The notes below the pieces were generated by a model, which was not told where the DNA came from, searched no databases, and worked only from the letters and a program-made list of their open reading frames with translations. A program made the translations under genes and the position numbers. Of a stretch of 64,000 nucleotides of DNA, positions 1-11,906 are shown in pieces. Position 1 is the first letter of the stretch. Each line of letters opens with the position of its first letter. Origin of the DNA: Cladosporium halotolerans (lineage: Eukaryota); contig NW_027191496.1 of NCBI RefSeq assembly GCF_011745625.1, positions 1-64,000 on the forward strand, given 5' to 3'.

Positions 1-451
1 CATTCCTCCTGTCGAGATATGCGACGATAGAGCCATGTGTTGACAAACGCGTCGCGTGAGCACGCGGTGGGTCTGTGCACACGGTGGGGAAGACTTCTAA
101 CGGCAACGTCGGTCAGATGTTGTTTGTGTTGCCTCGCAAGCAACTCCGCCACTGATCACGTTGAACATCCATTCAATACTGCCATCGTGCTTGCCACTTG
201 CTATAAAGGTGACTTCGATTTGCGCTCCCTCCAATTATCCAACCTCCCCATACGGAAGCCATTTGCTCAGACCCTCACTCACCATCGAGCAAACTGCATT
301 TCCCTTTGCCTACAGCTCAGATATCCCAGACGCCATACCTATTAGAGAGTATCACCCCTGTGCTTCCATTGTTTTAATTACATTCCTTCACTAAGACGAC
401 CTTATAGGCATCAAACACTAAGAATATAGCAACATCCAAGGCATCAGAATC

Positions 452-1273
452 ATGGACCCCATCACTCGTCTCTTGATGGAAGCCGAAATGGAGCACCATG
501 CCCGCCGCATGCCACCCGGAATGGGACCGCCCGGCATGATGGGCCCGCCCGGCCCGCCGCCGTTCATGTCAGGTCCTCCGATGATGGGACCGCCAATGAT
601 GAGATTGCCTGGAATGATGGGTCCACCACCGGTGATGGGGCCTCCTATGATGGGCCCGCCACCCATGCTGGGTCCGCCTGGGGGTTTCTCATGCATGGGT
701 CCAGAGGAGCTGGGCGCCATGGGCCATCCTTTCGACGACCCTGGCTTCATGGGCGACCTGATGCGCGCGGAGGGTATTAAGCACGCTATCAGGGGCCGTG
801 GGGGAGGCAGAAGGAGAGAATTGTTGAGGGACGACGAATTCGAGGATGCGATGGGCGGCATGCCAGGTATGCAGGAGGTAATGGGGCCTAGAGGAGGTCG
901 TGGTATGGGAAGGCCGGAGATGATGGGCCCAATGGGACCTGAGTTGGGAGGGCGGGGGATGGAGGCTATGGGAATGGGTGGGCAAGGAATGAGAGATATG
1001 GGAGGTGGTATGCCAGGTGGACCTGGAGGTATGCCTGGCGGTATGGGACCGGGTATGGGGGGTGGCATGGGAGGAATGATGGGAGGCGTGAGAGGCGACA
1101 TGCGCGGAGATATGGGAGGTATGGGAAGCAGAGGGGGCATGATGGATCACCGCATGGGCGGCGCCAGTGGTGGACTTGTTGACGAAGAAGAACTCGACCT
1201 TCTGATGGCGCAGATGGCTACGGGTGGCATGGACGGTGGAGGACGCTGTGGAAGGCGTCGTCCGCGGTTCTGA
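452..1273 (+). CDS. Met/Gly/Pro-rich low-complexity protein (273 aa), unknown function
   Basis: Single ORF with MGPP/GGM/RGG repeats, about 50 Met; TATAAA at ~202; no family recognised. Confidence 0.7.
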   Translation: MDPITRLLMEAEMEHHARRMPPGMGPPGMMGPPGPPPFMSGPPMMGPPMMRLPGMMGPPPVMGPPMMGPPPMLGPPGGFSCMGPEELGAMGHPFDDPGFMGDLMRAEGIKHAIRGRGGGRRRELLRDDEFEDAMGGMPGMQEVMGPRGGRGMGRPEMMGPMGPELGGRGMEAMGMGGQGMRDMGGGMPGGPGGMPGGMGPGMGGGMGGMMGGVRGDMRGDMGGMGSRGGMMDHRMGGASGGLVDEEELDLLMAQMATGGMDGGGRCGRRRPRF

Positions 1274-1899
1274 CATCCCTCAAACGGACATTATCTAATG
1301 CCGATTAGGGCCTGTATGACCTTATATAGACACTGGGAGTTTGATCTTTACATCAGGTGCAATGAGAACACATGAATCGATTATACTGTGCACGGTGTCA
1401 CGAATACCTTCCAACTTTGTGCATCGTGGAGCTCTCTCAAGCCACGAGGAACGCATTAAGGAACAGAGGTTAGCACAAGCGGTTCAATGAGATCTCTTTG
1501 TTAGGCAGTGGAGCGCTTCAAGTGACGGCACATCGAAAGGTTCCGGGAATACTGTGCGAACATGGAATAAGACCGCACACTCTCGCATTACGCCAGCTCT
1601 CCCCATTGCATATGGTACAAGGATACCATCGGCGACATGTGTAAAGCAGGGGTTTTGTCGACATGTGGCCTGGCAACCATGACGACACGTGAAAATAAGT
1701 CAATGCAACAACATTGAAATTTCTCACTGCTATAAGATCCAATTCCACAGAGCAATCGAAGTGAGCACTCCGGCCACTTTCATCAACCAAATATAATCGC
1801 AGTCCAAATCATCGATCGATCATATTTGATCAGGAGCTCACGCGAAGTGGCCAATATCGAAAGCGTCAACACCTCACAACGACCCATCAATCCCCAACG

Positions 1900-2601
1900 A
1901 TGGATCCAAACCTAGCGACCTCCCTCCTAAACGACAACAACCCCAGCCCCGCCGCCGCTCCAGCTCCAGCACCCGCACCAGCACCAACAGCAACCCCGTC
2001 AACCAAATCAATCGCCCCCAGCAGCCGCCGCCCCAAATCCATCTCCCCCTCCACCAGCCCCAGCTCCAGCTCCAGCTCCGCCCCCACAACCCCCTCATCA
2101 AGCCGCTCCTCCTCCCCCTTCGACCCCTTCGACATGACACCCATGCCCATGCCCGGCCTCACCCCGAAAGACCTCCAAAAATTCCTCTCCCCCCACTCCA
2201 AGTCGAAATCCAAACACAAAGCCCCCTTCGGCACAATCTCCCTCCCCGGCCTCTCCCTCTCGCGCGGTCCCCGCGGCCAATCGCTCAGCATCGACGACGG
2301 CGCCGGTCTAGGATCCGTCCACATGGGGCCTGGGGGGATGACGATCAGCGGCGGGCCGGGAGGGGGCGGCACTGTGCATATTGGGCCTGGGGGGATGGTG
2401 GTTGGGGGGTCGAAGAAGGGGGGCAAGAAGTGGAAGTGGCCTGGGTTTGGGAGCGGGTGGGGGAATACGTACACTACTAACATTACGGGGCCGGTGGGGA
2501 GTGGAGGGTGGCCTTGGGCTGGGGGTGTGTCGGTTTCGGTGGGCGGGCCGAGCGGTTCTGGGAAGAAGGACAAGAAGGGGTGGGTGAGGAAGAAGAAGTG
2601 A
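1900..2601 (+). CDS. Pro/Ser- and Gly-rich low-complexity protein (233 aa), unknown function
   Basis: ORF with good start context, PA repeats, Ser tract, GPGG repeats and basic C-terminus. Confidence 0.6.
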   Translation: MDPNLATSLLNDNNPSPAAAPAPAPAPAPTATPSTKSIAPSSRRPKSISPSTSPSSSSSSAPTTPSSSRSSSPFDPFDMTPMPMPGLTPKDLQKFLSPHSKSKSKHKAPFGTISLPGLSLSRGPRGQSLSIDDGAGLGSVHMGPGGMTISGGPGGGGTVHIGPGGMVVGGSKKGGKKWKWPGFGSGWGNTYTTNITGPVGSGGWPWAGGVSVSVGGPSGSGKKDKKGWVRKKK

Positions 2602-2894
2602 GCGGAGGTGAAAGACTGAGAGCTTGAGGGGATGGAATGAGGATGTATTCTGCTTGATAGGGAACTTTTTTTTTTCTTGTCTATGTTTGGCGTCTATCGT
2701 TATGTGAAAGGAGAGAAATGCAGATTATGAACAAGGCAGTGGATTATTGCGGTGCGGAAATCATGAACCGAAAATAAACACATCGACAACATGCGCAGTA
2801 AATCACGACCAAAAAACCAAAAAGAGAAAACGTTTCCAGAAACTCGCGCAGGATATGAGGTTGCACGAACCTCGCAAGACTCGATACTTCCCCT

Positions 2895-4937
2895 TCAGAT
2901 GTACTTCAGCTTCTTCATCACGCCAATGCAGATGGCAGAGAAGGTCAGGATCACACCGACGATGCCGAACCACCAGCCAAGGCCACCGGCATCCTGACCC
3001 GGGACGTGGACGTTCATGCCGAACAAGCCGGCAACTAGGTTGAGCGGCACGAGGATGGTAGCCAAGACGGTGATCTTCCCGAGCAGCACGTTGCTCTGGC
3101 CGCCGAGTTCGATGTGCGCAAGCTGGACCTGCGACAGGTGGTTGCTGTGCGCGCGCGCCAGCATCTTCTCGAAGTGCGTCAAGTTGCTCATCATGGTGAC
3201 GACGTGGTCCTGCACGTCAGACAAGTACAAACCAACGTCGCCGCGTGGCGCCATGGCGTACGACTCGTTGCACTTCTTGGCGAAGCCTTTGATAACGTCC
3301 GCTTTTCCGCCAAGAAGGCGCAGCAGCGTCATGACGCGCTTGCGGCAGCTGCCAAGTTGCTGCATGATGGCGCGCGAGTCTTCGAAGCGGGCGGTGAAGA
3401 TGCCATCCTCGATGGCCTCTGACTCGTTCTCAACGTTGTGGAGGACCGGCGCAAATGAGTCGACGATCTCGTCGATAAGGGCGTAACAGATCCAGTCGGC
3501 AGAGAGGTTGACGTAGTCACGCAGGCGACCGATACGCTTGCGGACGTTTGCTGCGTGCGGGTTCGGGCAGAAGGAGAAGGTCAGAAGACCCTCACGGAAC
3601 ACGACGGCGTAGATGTTGATCGGCTCTAGGTAGTCCTCGCTCTCCTTGTCCAGCGAATAGAAGGAACGGAAGCAGAGGAAGTAGTAGGACTTGAAGAGCT
3701 CGACCTTCTCGCGTGTCTCCTGAGTAGTGATATCCTCGCGTGTAAGGGGGTGCACACGGAAAGCGCCGCAGATGGCGAAGACCTCTTCCTCTGACGGGTT
3801 CAACATGTCGAGCCACCAGACACCACCCTCTGGGCCAAGCTCGAAGATGTCGCGGAATGTCTCATCCGGCATCAGCAAGCCACCCAGCTCGGGAGCATGA
3901 ATAGTCTCGTCAATCTCAGAAGAGAAGAACGTGAACCTGTTCTGAAGCTCAGAGTGGCTGGGAACACGCTGAATTTCATCAGAAGACGAGTCAGCACCGC
4001 CCTCCTTCTCGTTGTTGATAGCATCGCCAGCAGAGTCGATTTTCGAGAGGGCCGAGTTACGCTTCTCGTTGTCGTCGACAGAAACCTTGTGGGCACCCTC
4101 ACCGTGCCTCAAGTCATGGAAAACCTTCTTCACGTGTTCGTTTTGCTGCGTGAAGCGGGGCATGAAAGGGTGAGCCACCGGGGTCTTGGTGTGAGTTTGG
4201 GCGACAAACTCCTCCAGATCCTCGAAGTCGATGGTGTAGGTGTTAGTGGGCTCTTCTGGCGGGAAGCACACGTCTTCCTGGATGGAGCTGCGGATAGAGG
4301 CAACATCGGTCCTGTTGCCTACAGTACCCTCTTCACCGGCGTGGTGCTGGCGACGCTGGTGCGTGTGGTTGGAAGCAGTGCGCTGAAGGGTCAGTCCTTC
4401 GATGGAGCCTGGCTTGCTGTTGACCGTGCCGGCCCTGCCACGCTTCGGAGGGGCGAAGGCATCCACAGAGTTGGGTGGCGAGCTGGACCGAGACCTGGAG
4501 GAGTCTCTAGAACCAGCATGTCCCATTTCCTTCTGTCTGTTGTGAATGGCACGTCTGAAAGTGTCGCGCCTGGCCACTATCGGGCTGCTTCGCGAGTTAC
4601 GGCGCTCGCGGTGCCACCTCTCATCGGCGCTGAGCTGAGAGCGCCTGGATCCCGTGGAAGTGTTGGAGCGGATGCTCTTGCCATCGTCGTCAACAATAGC
4701 ATTTTCAAAGTCTCTGGCCACAGTGTCGGCCGGGGCCAGGCCAGTTGGCGGCTCGATGGTCGCACGCGTGGGGCGCTCGTCACTGGCAATGCTAGCCAAA
4801 GTGCCGCGACGGCGACCTTCGTGTCTCGTATCCAGAGGTGGAGGCAGGCTTTCAGCCTGGTGGCGGTGGTCATCGAGGTTCGGCTCAGGGGTGCTGTACC
4901 TGGTCCTGGACCTGTCGGAGCGCGGAGTGTAGGACAT
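2895..4937 (-). CDS. ALR1: CorA-family Mg2+ transporter (Alr1-like)
   Basis: 680 aa; WWLDMLNPS, HPLTREDI, two C-terminal TMs with GLFGMNV (GMN signature). Confidence 0.92.
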   Translation of the reverse strand: MSYTPRSDRSRTRYSTPEPNLDDHRHQAESLPPPLDTRHEGRRRGTLASIASDERPTRATIEPPTGLAPADTVARDFENAIVDDDGKSIRSNTSTGSRRSQLSADERWHRERRNSRSSPIVARRDTFRRAIHNRQKEMGHAGSRDSSRSRSSSPPNSVDAFAPPKRGRAGTVNSKPGSIEGLTLQRTASNHTHQRRQHHAGEEGTVGNRTDVASIRSSIQEDVCFPPEEPTNTYTIDFEDLEEFVAQTHTKTPVAHPFMPRFTQQNEHVKKVFHDLRHGEGAHKVSVDDNEKRNSALSKIDSAGDAINNEKEGGADSSSDEIQRVPSHSELQNRFTFFSSEIDETIHAPELGGLLMPDETFRDIFELGPEGGVWWLDMLNPSEEEVFAICGAFRVHPLTREDITTQETREKVELFKSYYFLCFRSFYSLDKESEDYLEPINIYAVVFREGLLTFSFCPNPHAANVRKRIGRLRDYVNLSADWICYALIDEIVDSFAPVLHNVENESEAIEDGIFTARFEDSRAIMQQLGSCRKRVMTLLRLLGGKADVIKGFAKKCNESYAMAPRGDVGLYLSDVQDHVVTMMSNLTHFEKMLARAHSNHLSQVQLAHIELGGQSNVLLGKITVLATILVPLNLVAGLFGMNVHVPGQDAGGLGWWFGIVGVILTFSAICIGVMKKLKYI

Positions 4938-6108
4938 CGTGACGGCTGTCTATCCTGTCGAGGTTATTTGTGTTTCTGTAGCGGCAGACGTGTTTCTGCT
5001 GTTGCTGTAGCGTGTCTAAGGATGTCTTTAGTCCAGACTCCTGCGGTGGCGTACTCTTCGACGAGCACCCCTAACTTCCGCACCTATTTGGCGCTTTCAA
5101 TTATCCCATCGAGTGAGTATGTGGCTGCGAATATCCTTTTCCTGTTGCTCTGCGTTGTTCATCTACGTTCCGCGTAATTAAGGCGGCTGCTTGATGTCCC
5201 CTCCGCACACGAACCAGCAAGGTCCGAGTAGAGGGCGGGCGTAGGTGAACCCGAATGCTTGAATCCCCGCCAACTTGGTGGTGTTTGGGTGATGAGGGGT
5301 GCGACGATGTGGATCGTGCGAGTCGAAGGGCGAGTGCGACGAGTCGGCCAGACTTGCGCTGTTGTGAGTGTTGCCGGTGGGCAGATGAGTGAAACTGAGC
5401 TGTGGGACGCGACCGGGCGGGTCGAGCGTGACAACAGCGGATAGTCAATGCATGGAGCGCTGACTGTGCGATGCGGCGGATGTTGTTTGTGTGCGGATGA
5501 GTCCTCGGGGGGGTGGTGACGTTGGAAGCAGGAAGAGAGGAACGCAAGTTTTGCTGGGCTGCGATGGGGCTCAAGCGCTCATCTGCGCTTTGCACGTGCA
5601 GCGGACTGTGACACTGCGAGGGGCTGTGATTGGCGGCTGGGTGAGATCTGGGCGGCGCAGAAGACCAGGCTGGATTGACGCAGTCGTTAATGCCTCAGTC
5701 CAGCATCGACGGGCCTGCGTGACCCATGTACAGAGCCTTTCTGCCTTCTGCGCCTTGTTGCCCGGCCCTCGGCTAAGGCGTTCGTCTTGCAGGCCTGGAC
5801 GCATCCTGCCGTGCCTCATGTGGCCTTGCCCAATAGACTCGTTGCCAAGCTCAACGCCGCGCCCAAAGCCACAACTTCCCCCAGAGGGAAGCCGTGAAGC
5901 CGTTGCAGCTCCCGTTCGAGCCGCACCGCGCCGCCCGCGCCATAGCATCAGACAGCTGTACCAACGACGACAGCTAGCAAGCAGGGTGGTGCCGACAGTG
6001 GTGCTAGCGTTGACAACTGCTACGAAAAGCAACCTCGAGGCACCCAACCGCAAAAGCAATTGCATCTTCACTCGCGCAATCGTCTACAAAACAATTGAAA
6101 CCCCCAAC

Positions 6109-6498
6109 ATGGACGCTCTCCTCGACCAAGCTCGCGACATCTGGGAAGGCGAAATCGTAGGTCTACCCTAAGCCTCCCACCACCTAACCACTTGAAGCTC
6201 ACAAATCCACCAGGACTTCCGCGGTCAAAGCCTCGCCGACAACCTCACGACCTTCCTCCTCATTGCTTCCAGCGTCATCTCCGTCCTCGTCGGCTTCACA
6301 ACCCAAGACATCTACAAAACACTTTACGTCGGACTTGGCGGCACGGCCCTCACATTTCTGCTGGTGGTCCCTCAGTGGCCCTACTTCAACCAAAAGCCGG
6401 AGCCGTGGTTACCGGCGCGGGTACAGAAGGCGAGTGCAGCAAGCAGGGTTGATCTCGGCGGGGTGCAGATTGAGGTGGATGGGAAGAGGGTTGGGTAG
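6109..6498 (+). CDS. SPC1: Signal peptidase complex subunit Spc1/SPC12; intron 6157-6213
   Basis: Spliced product MDALLDQARDIWEGEI/DFRGQSLA...LLVVPQWPYFNQKP; two TMs; missing from ORF track because of the intron. Confidence 0.88.
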
Positions 6499-6797
6499 GA
6501 CTGGCTTTGATTGTAGCAGGTCGAGCGGAAAACTTCATGAAATGAAATGGCTACAACGTGGTATCAATGGTATCATTTAGCTGCCTCTCGGAGCTAGCTC
6601 TGTCTCAAGGATGGTGTCAAGTGCATCCCACTAGCAGCGTGCCTTTTCGCCGCCGCGTAGCCAGCGAGCAGCGGTCTATTAATCTCGCTCCTGACTTTGG
6701 TGTAACGCCGCCCATGCTCATAGCAGTCTTCAACGCCTTGCGTGAATTTTGATCGCCGTAGTCGTAATTCAATAGTTCGTCCATCGGGTCCCTTTCT

Positions 6798-7275
<478 letters not shown>

Positions 7276-7872
7276 CGTATATGCGGGGTGTCTCGAGTGC
7301 TTGTGGTGCTCTGGTATTCGACTTCTGGCAAGATCGGTGATGGTGTGGACGAGGAGGCAACAACTTCAAACGCCGGCGGTGCTGAGGGATGGCGAGTACG
7401 CGGTCTTGTTGAGATGTGAGATTGTAAATGCCTTGAGCGTCAATCAAGCGGATCAATCGTCACCTATCGATTAGGCTGCGGCGGCGATGAAGTCGGGCTT
7501 CGGCTAGCTAGGGCAGGTCAGCCGGAAACGGAAGTGGCGATGCGCGAGAACGGGCCATGCTGCGGCGCCCGTTCATTCACGTGCGATGATGACACAACAA
7601 CAACCGCGAGACATTCAAGTTGCTCACTGCGACAGCAACCGGTCATCTTCGCGAAGACACCCGCACTTCACTTCATTACTATTCAAATGTCGAGCCGCTA
7701 CCTCTTCACAACCTCAAACACACACCTAAGCACTACCCGATCTCCTTGTCCTCGCTTCCGAATCGCGCCCGCGCCGAGATAGCCTGTCTAGCATACCGCT
7801 TTCGCACACGATCGCATACAAGCTACCAGCGTCGTATCCTCTGCCTTCACCTACAAACCTGGCGCCAATAGT

Positions 7873-9312
7873 ATGGCTACACAGACAGCCGGCGGGACTC
7901 CGCCAAACATCACTATGACTCCGCCCAAACCTCAAGGCAAGAACCAGCGAATACCGTCAGGCGCGCAAGGCAAGCGAAACAACCGCAACAACCCTCGCAA
8001 ACAGAATCACCACGTCGATGGCGCAGTCTCAGACTCTATGGCCACTGCGCCCCCACACTCAAAGAAGAATGGCAGGCAAGGACAAGGCGGGCATCAGCAC
8101 TATAACAATGGCCAAAACGGGGATACCGGCAACCAGAGGATGAGACCAGTCTCGGTCGGCGGCCCCTTGCTGCCTGGTACTCCTGCAAAAGAGCGAGCAT
8201 ACGCCCAGTCTACCTTCCAGGCCTCGCCTGCCGCATCTGCTCTACCAGTGCCCAAGTTCTTTGGATCCAAGTCCGTACCTAGTACGCATGGACCTTCATC
8301 CTTGCAGGAGAGAATGGACCGCGAGAAGACACCGGAGCGACTTGAGGAGAGCTCTCCAGAGTCTGACGTAGTCTCTCCTGCGAAGATACCGCACAGCCAA
8401 AACGAGACGCCTTTGGACCTGTTCTTTATGGCCGACAAGGCTGAGAAGGAAAGAAAGAACAGCCCCGGCGCTGGCATTTCACCCCAGCTTGCTGCTCGGC
8501 CTCCGCCAGCCAGCGAACCTAGGAACCCGTTTCATACGAACATGCAGAGCCCTTTTGTCCGGCCTTCCAATGAGACGAACCGCAACATCGTCAGCCCCAG
8601 ACCTGCTTCGACCGGCCAACGCCCTCCTGTGCCCCGCGCACACTCTTCTCCAGGCAACAATGCGAATGTGCAGAACCAGAGCAATGGCAACCACGATGCC
8701 TCAACTCAGGCTCTCAAGGATTTGCTTTTCAGCAACATCAACAAGCAAAGCAGCACTCCGCCCCATAGCCACCAGCGAGCGCCCTCGAACCCGAATGCCG
8801 TGGATTCTGTCACTGAAACACCATCTCCAGTGCAGCAACGCTCTGCACTTGGACCGACTACACCCACACCCGCCAAAAATTCTCACGATCAGCACTCTCT
8901 TCACTACGGCAACCGCAATCTCTCTCCCATGTTCCAAGCCGCGCGCAACGAAACTCCTCCCCGTCCATCCAACCTCCGCCAGCAATTAGAGCACTCGGGT
9001 CAACAGAACGGGTTTGCCCAGTACAACCAACAGCCATATTCCAACTACGCTGATCCGAATTCATTCTCACGCTCGTACCTCGGTCACCAAATCCGCTCAT
9101 CTCTTCCGACACAGCCGCCCCCAGGCCTGATCTCAAACGGAAACGGCAACAACGCTCATTCTTCCACGTCATCCTCTGGCCCTACCCCACCTCAGAAAGG
9201 CATGCCTATTCCAGGAGCAGCATCAGGCAGCCCACGCAACGGCGGCTCGAGGGATGTCAAGGGGATGGAAGACGATTTACGACGGATGTTGAAGCTCGAC
9301 GTTTTGGGCTGA
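7873..9312 (+). CDS. Disordered protein with PNRC/Edc1-type decapping-activator motif
   Basis: 479 aa Pro/Ser/Gln-rich; YAQSTFQASPAASALPVPKFF resembles YAGxxF..SP.PS.LPxP; C-terminal helix MEDDLRRMLKL. Confidence 0.75.
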   Translation: MATQTAGGTPPNITMTPPKPQGKNQRIPSGAQGKRNNRNNPRKQNHHVDGAVSDSMATAPPHSKKNGRQGQGGHQHYNNGQNGDTGNQRMRPVSVGGPLLPGTPAKERAYAQSTFQASPAASALPVPKFFGSKSVPSTHGPSSLQERMDREKTPERLEESSPESDVVSPAKIPHSQNETPLDLFFMADKAEKERKNSPGAGISPQLAARPPPASEPRNPFHTNMQSPFVRPSNETNRNIVSPRPASTGQRPPVPRAHSSPGNNANVQNQSNGNHDASTQALKDLLFSNINKQSSTPPHSHQRAPSNPNAVDSVTETPSPVQQRSALGPTTPTPAKNSHDQHSLHYGNRNLSPMFQAARNETPPRPSNLRQQLEHSGQQNGFAQYNQQPYSNYADPNSFSRSYLGHQIRSSLPTQPPPGLISNGNGNNAHSSTSSSGPTPPQKGMPIPGAASGSPRNGGSRDVKGMEDDLRRMLKLDVLG

Positions 9313-10276
9313 GCGCTTCTCGATGCAATTTGCATTCTTCTGTTTTGTTCTCTAACGGCGTCCATTTTCTTTTTGCAGCTGGACTCTCTCGGTCTCCTGG
9401 CATTTGCATAGCGAGGCGCTTTGGCGTACCATCAGGGCGATCAATGCTTTGATCAACTGTCGGCCGTTGATTGATGTCTTTCTCTCTTGTTTTCCTTGTT
9501 CTCGCGTTCTGGTTCTTTGACGAGGCATACGAGCGGCGCATTCCCGGCCGCGTGCACAGCTCTCTGGCGAGAAGCTCTGGGCGTCCAGCGCCGGCACGTA
9601 GCGCTCAGCCATCACGAATCTTCTTTGCATTGTTTCGCCGGTGTTGCCGCCAGCAGTTCGGGATTTCACTGGACTGGCTGGGTCTGAGCGCAGGTCTCGG
9701 GTTACGACATCACAGGCATTCAGCGCACGGGTGCGTTTGGAAGGCTAGGAGAGTGTGTCTTGTGGGAAGGGGAAGGGGGGAAGATAGTTAGATAGATGAC
9801 CAACTCTTTGTCACTCTTTACTCTTTACTACTCCTTGCGTAGTTCTGGTCCTCATCCAAGCCTTGGAATTTCAGCGCGTTGCGAGAGTTGACTTTCATCA
9901 CTATTTCTGCGAACCTAGCCCCAACTTCACGCGTGGCAAGCTGAGGGATAGACTTCTTCAAGGAGTACTTGGAAGGAAGTACTCTTTACTCAACTTGGTC
10001 GCATTCACTTCGGATTCAATCGCTTGCCGTGAGTCACATGTCATGCTCACGGCTGTCACATGCGGTGTAACGCGGTTGCGAATGCAATCCTTGCCCGTGG
10101 CGACGCTGATGCCCCACCCGCATAAGCAGCAGCAACGACAACAAGTGAACTCCCAATAATAAATGTAGGCTCGACACCACGCAGCTCCCTCTTGTAAGTT
10201 TCAGCAACTCTGTACAGAACTCAAGTACACATCACACACCCGAATACATACACGTACACACAGCACCTCACCAACA

Positions 10277-11846
10277 ATGGGCTCCCTCCCCAACGCCAAA
10301 CGAAGCATCACGCCCAACGACATCGCCGCCCTCCGCCACATGCTCTCCGACACCAACGCCAAAGTCCTCTCGCCCAGCGACGCCGGCTACTCCGCCTCCA
10401 TCGCCCGCTGGTCGCGCGCCGCCGAGAAACCCGCCGGCGTCAGCATCATCCCCACAACCGACGGCGAAGTCGGCCTCGCGATCAAATACGCGCATGAGAA
10501 CGGCATCGACGTCGCCGTCAAAGGCGGCGGCCACTCGACCGCCGGCGCCAGCAGCACGCACGGCGGCTTGCTCATCGACCTCGGCGCCGCTATGAACAAG
10601 GTCACCGTCGACCCCGCGAAGCAGCAGCTTCGGATCCCAGGCGGCGCTCTCTGGGGCGACGTCGACGCCGCGGCCTGGGAGTACGGGCTCGCTACCGTCG
10701 GCGGCACGGTCGCTGACACGGGCGTCGGCGGGCTGTCGCTCGGTGGCGGCTACGGCGTGCTGTCCGGCGAGCTCGGGCTGGTCATCGACAATATGGTCTC
10801 GGCGACTGTCGTCCTAGCCAACGGCGACATCGCCGTCGCGAGCGAGACCGAGAACGCAGACTTGTTCTGGGCGCTGCGCGGCGCTGGGCAGAACTTCGGC
10901 GTCACGACGGAGCTGGTCCTGCAGGCGTACCCGCAGGGCGAGTGTTTCATGGGCATGATGGTGTTCGCGCCGACGGCCGAGAACATCGGGAAACTCGTCC
11001 AGGCGGCGAACGAGCTACACGGCATCAGGCAGACGTCCGAGGGCCCGGCGACGAAAGCGGCGGGCAGGACGATGAGCTTGATGGGGATCGTCAAGCCGCC
11101 GCCTGCTGAGGGGAAGACGGCGATTCTGGTGCTCGTGAGCTGTAATACAGACGAGGCGACGGGGCGCGAGCTATACAAGGACTTCATTGAGCTTGGGCCG
11201 ATGGTCAACACGCTGGGTATGGGGCCTTACACGCAGGTGAACAAGCAGGTGCCTGCGATAACGGGTATGCGGTCGAGCTTGAAAGGCGCTGCGTTCGTGA
11301 TGCCGCTGCGCGAGGAGTTTGTTCATCAGGTTCTGGCTTCGTACGAGGCGTACACGGCGGAGTGCGAGGACGCGAAGGAGTCGCTGGTCGCATGGGAGCT
11401 GTATGATCCGTGCCTTGTGGCGAAGTTGGAGAACGGGTGCTTCGCGAATCGGGGCCATCACTTCAATAGCCTGGTCATGCCGATGTGGTCGAAGGCTGAG
11501 AACGATCAGTTCTGCAGACAGTGGGCGCGGGACGTGAGCAATATGTTCAAGAAGGAGATTGAGGCTCATGGTGAGACAGCCAGTGCGGGTATTGAAGGTG
11601 GTGCGAGTGTGCGTGGCAAGAAGGGCGCCGTGTTGCTATACGGCAACTACGATGTGAGTAATTGTTCTGGCTGACTGACGGAATGAAAGACATACACTGA
11701 CGAGTAAGCAGCAATACGACGAAATCTCCAAGGACATCTTCGGAGAACACTACGAGCGCCTCGCGCAAATCAAGGCCAGGTACGATCCGGACAATATGTT
11801 CAACAAGCTGTTCCCGATCACCCCGGCGGCCGAGCTTTTTGAATAG
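10277..11846 (+). CDS. FAD-linked oxidoreductase (FAD_binding_4/BBE family, 6-hydroxy-D-nicotine oxidase-like); intron 11654-11711
   Basis: VAVKGGGHS covalent-FAD His motif, TGVGGLSLGGGYG, DLFWALRGAGQNFGV; spliced C-terminus YGNYD/QYDE...IKARYDPDNMF. Confidence 0.92.
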
Positions 11847-11906
11847 CACAAATCGCCAAATATTGTATACGAAGTTACGAAAGGGGTATCATGAAATAGT
11901 ATCTCC

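Noticed and set aside
418..1140. Pro/Ile-rich antisense ORF over the Met-rich gene
   Set aside because: Mirror of the repetitive GGN/ATG codons; the plus strand has the TATA box and start context
5097..5162. Short upstream ORFs 5' of ALR1 (minus strand)
   Set aside because: TSS unknown and such ORFs are expected by chance; no supporting evidence
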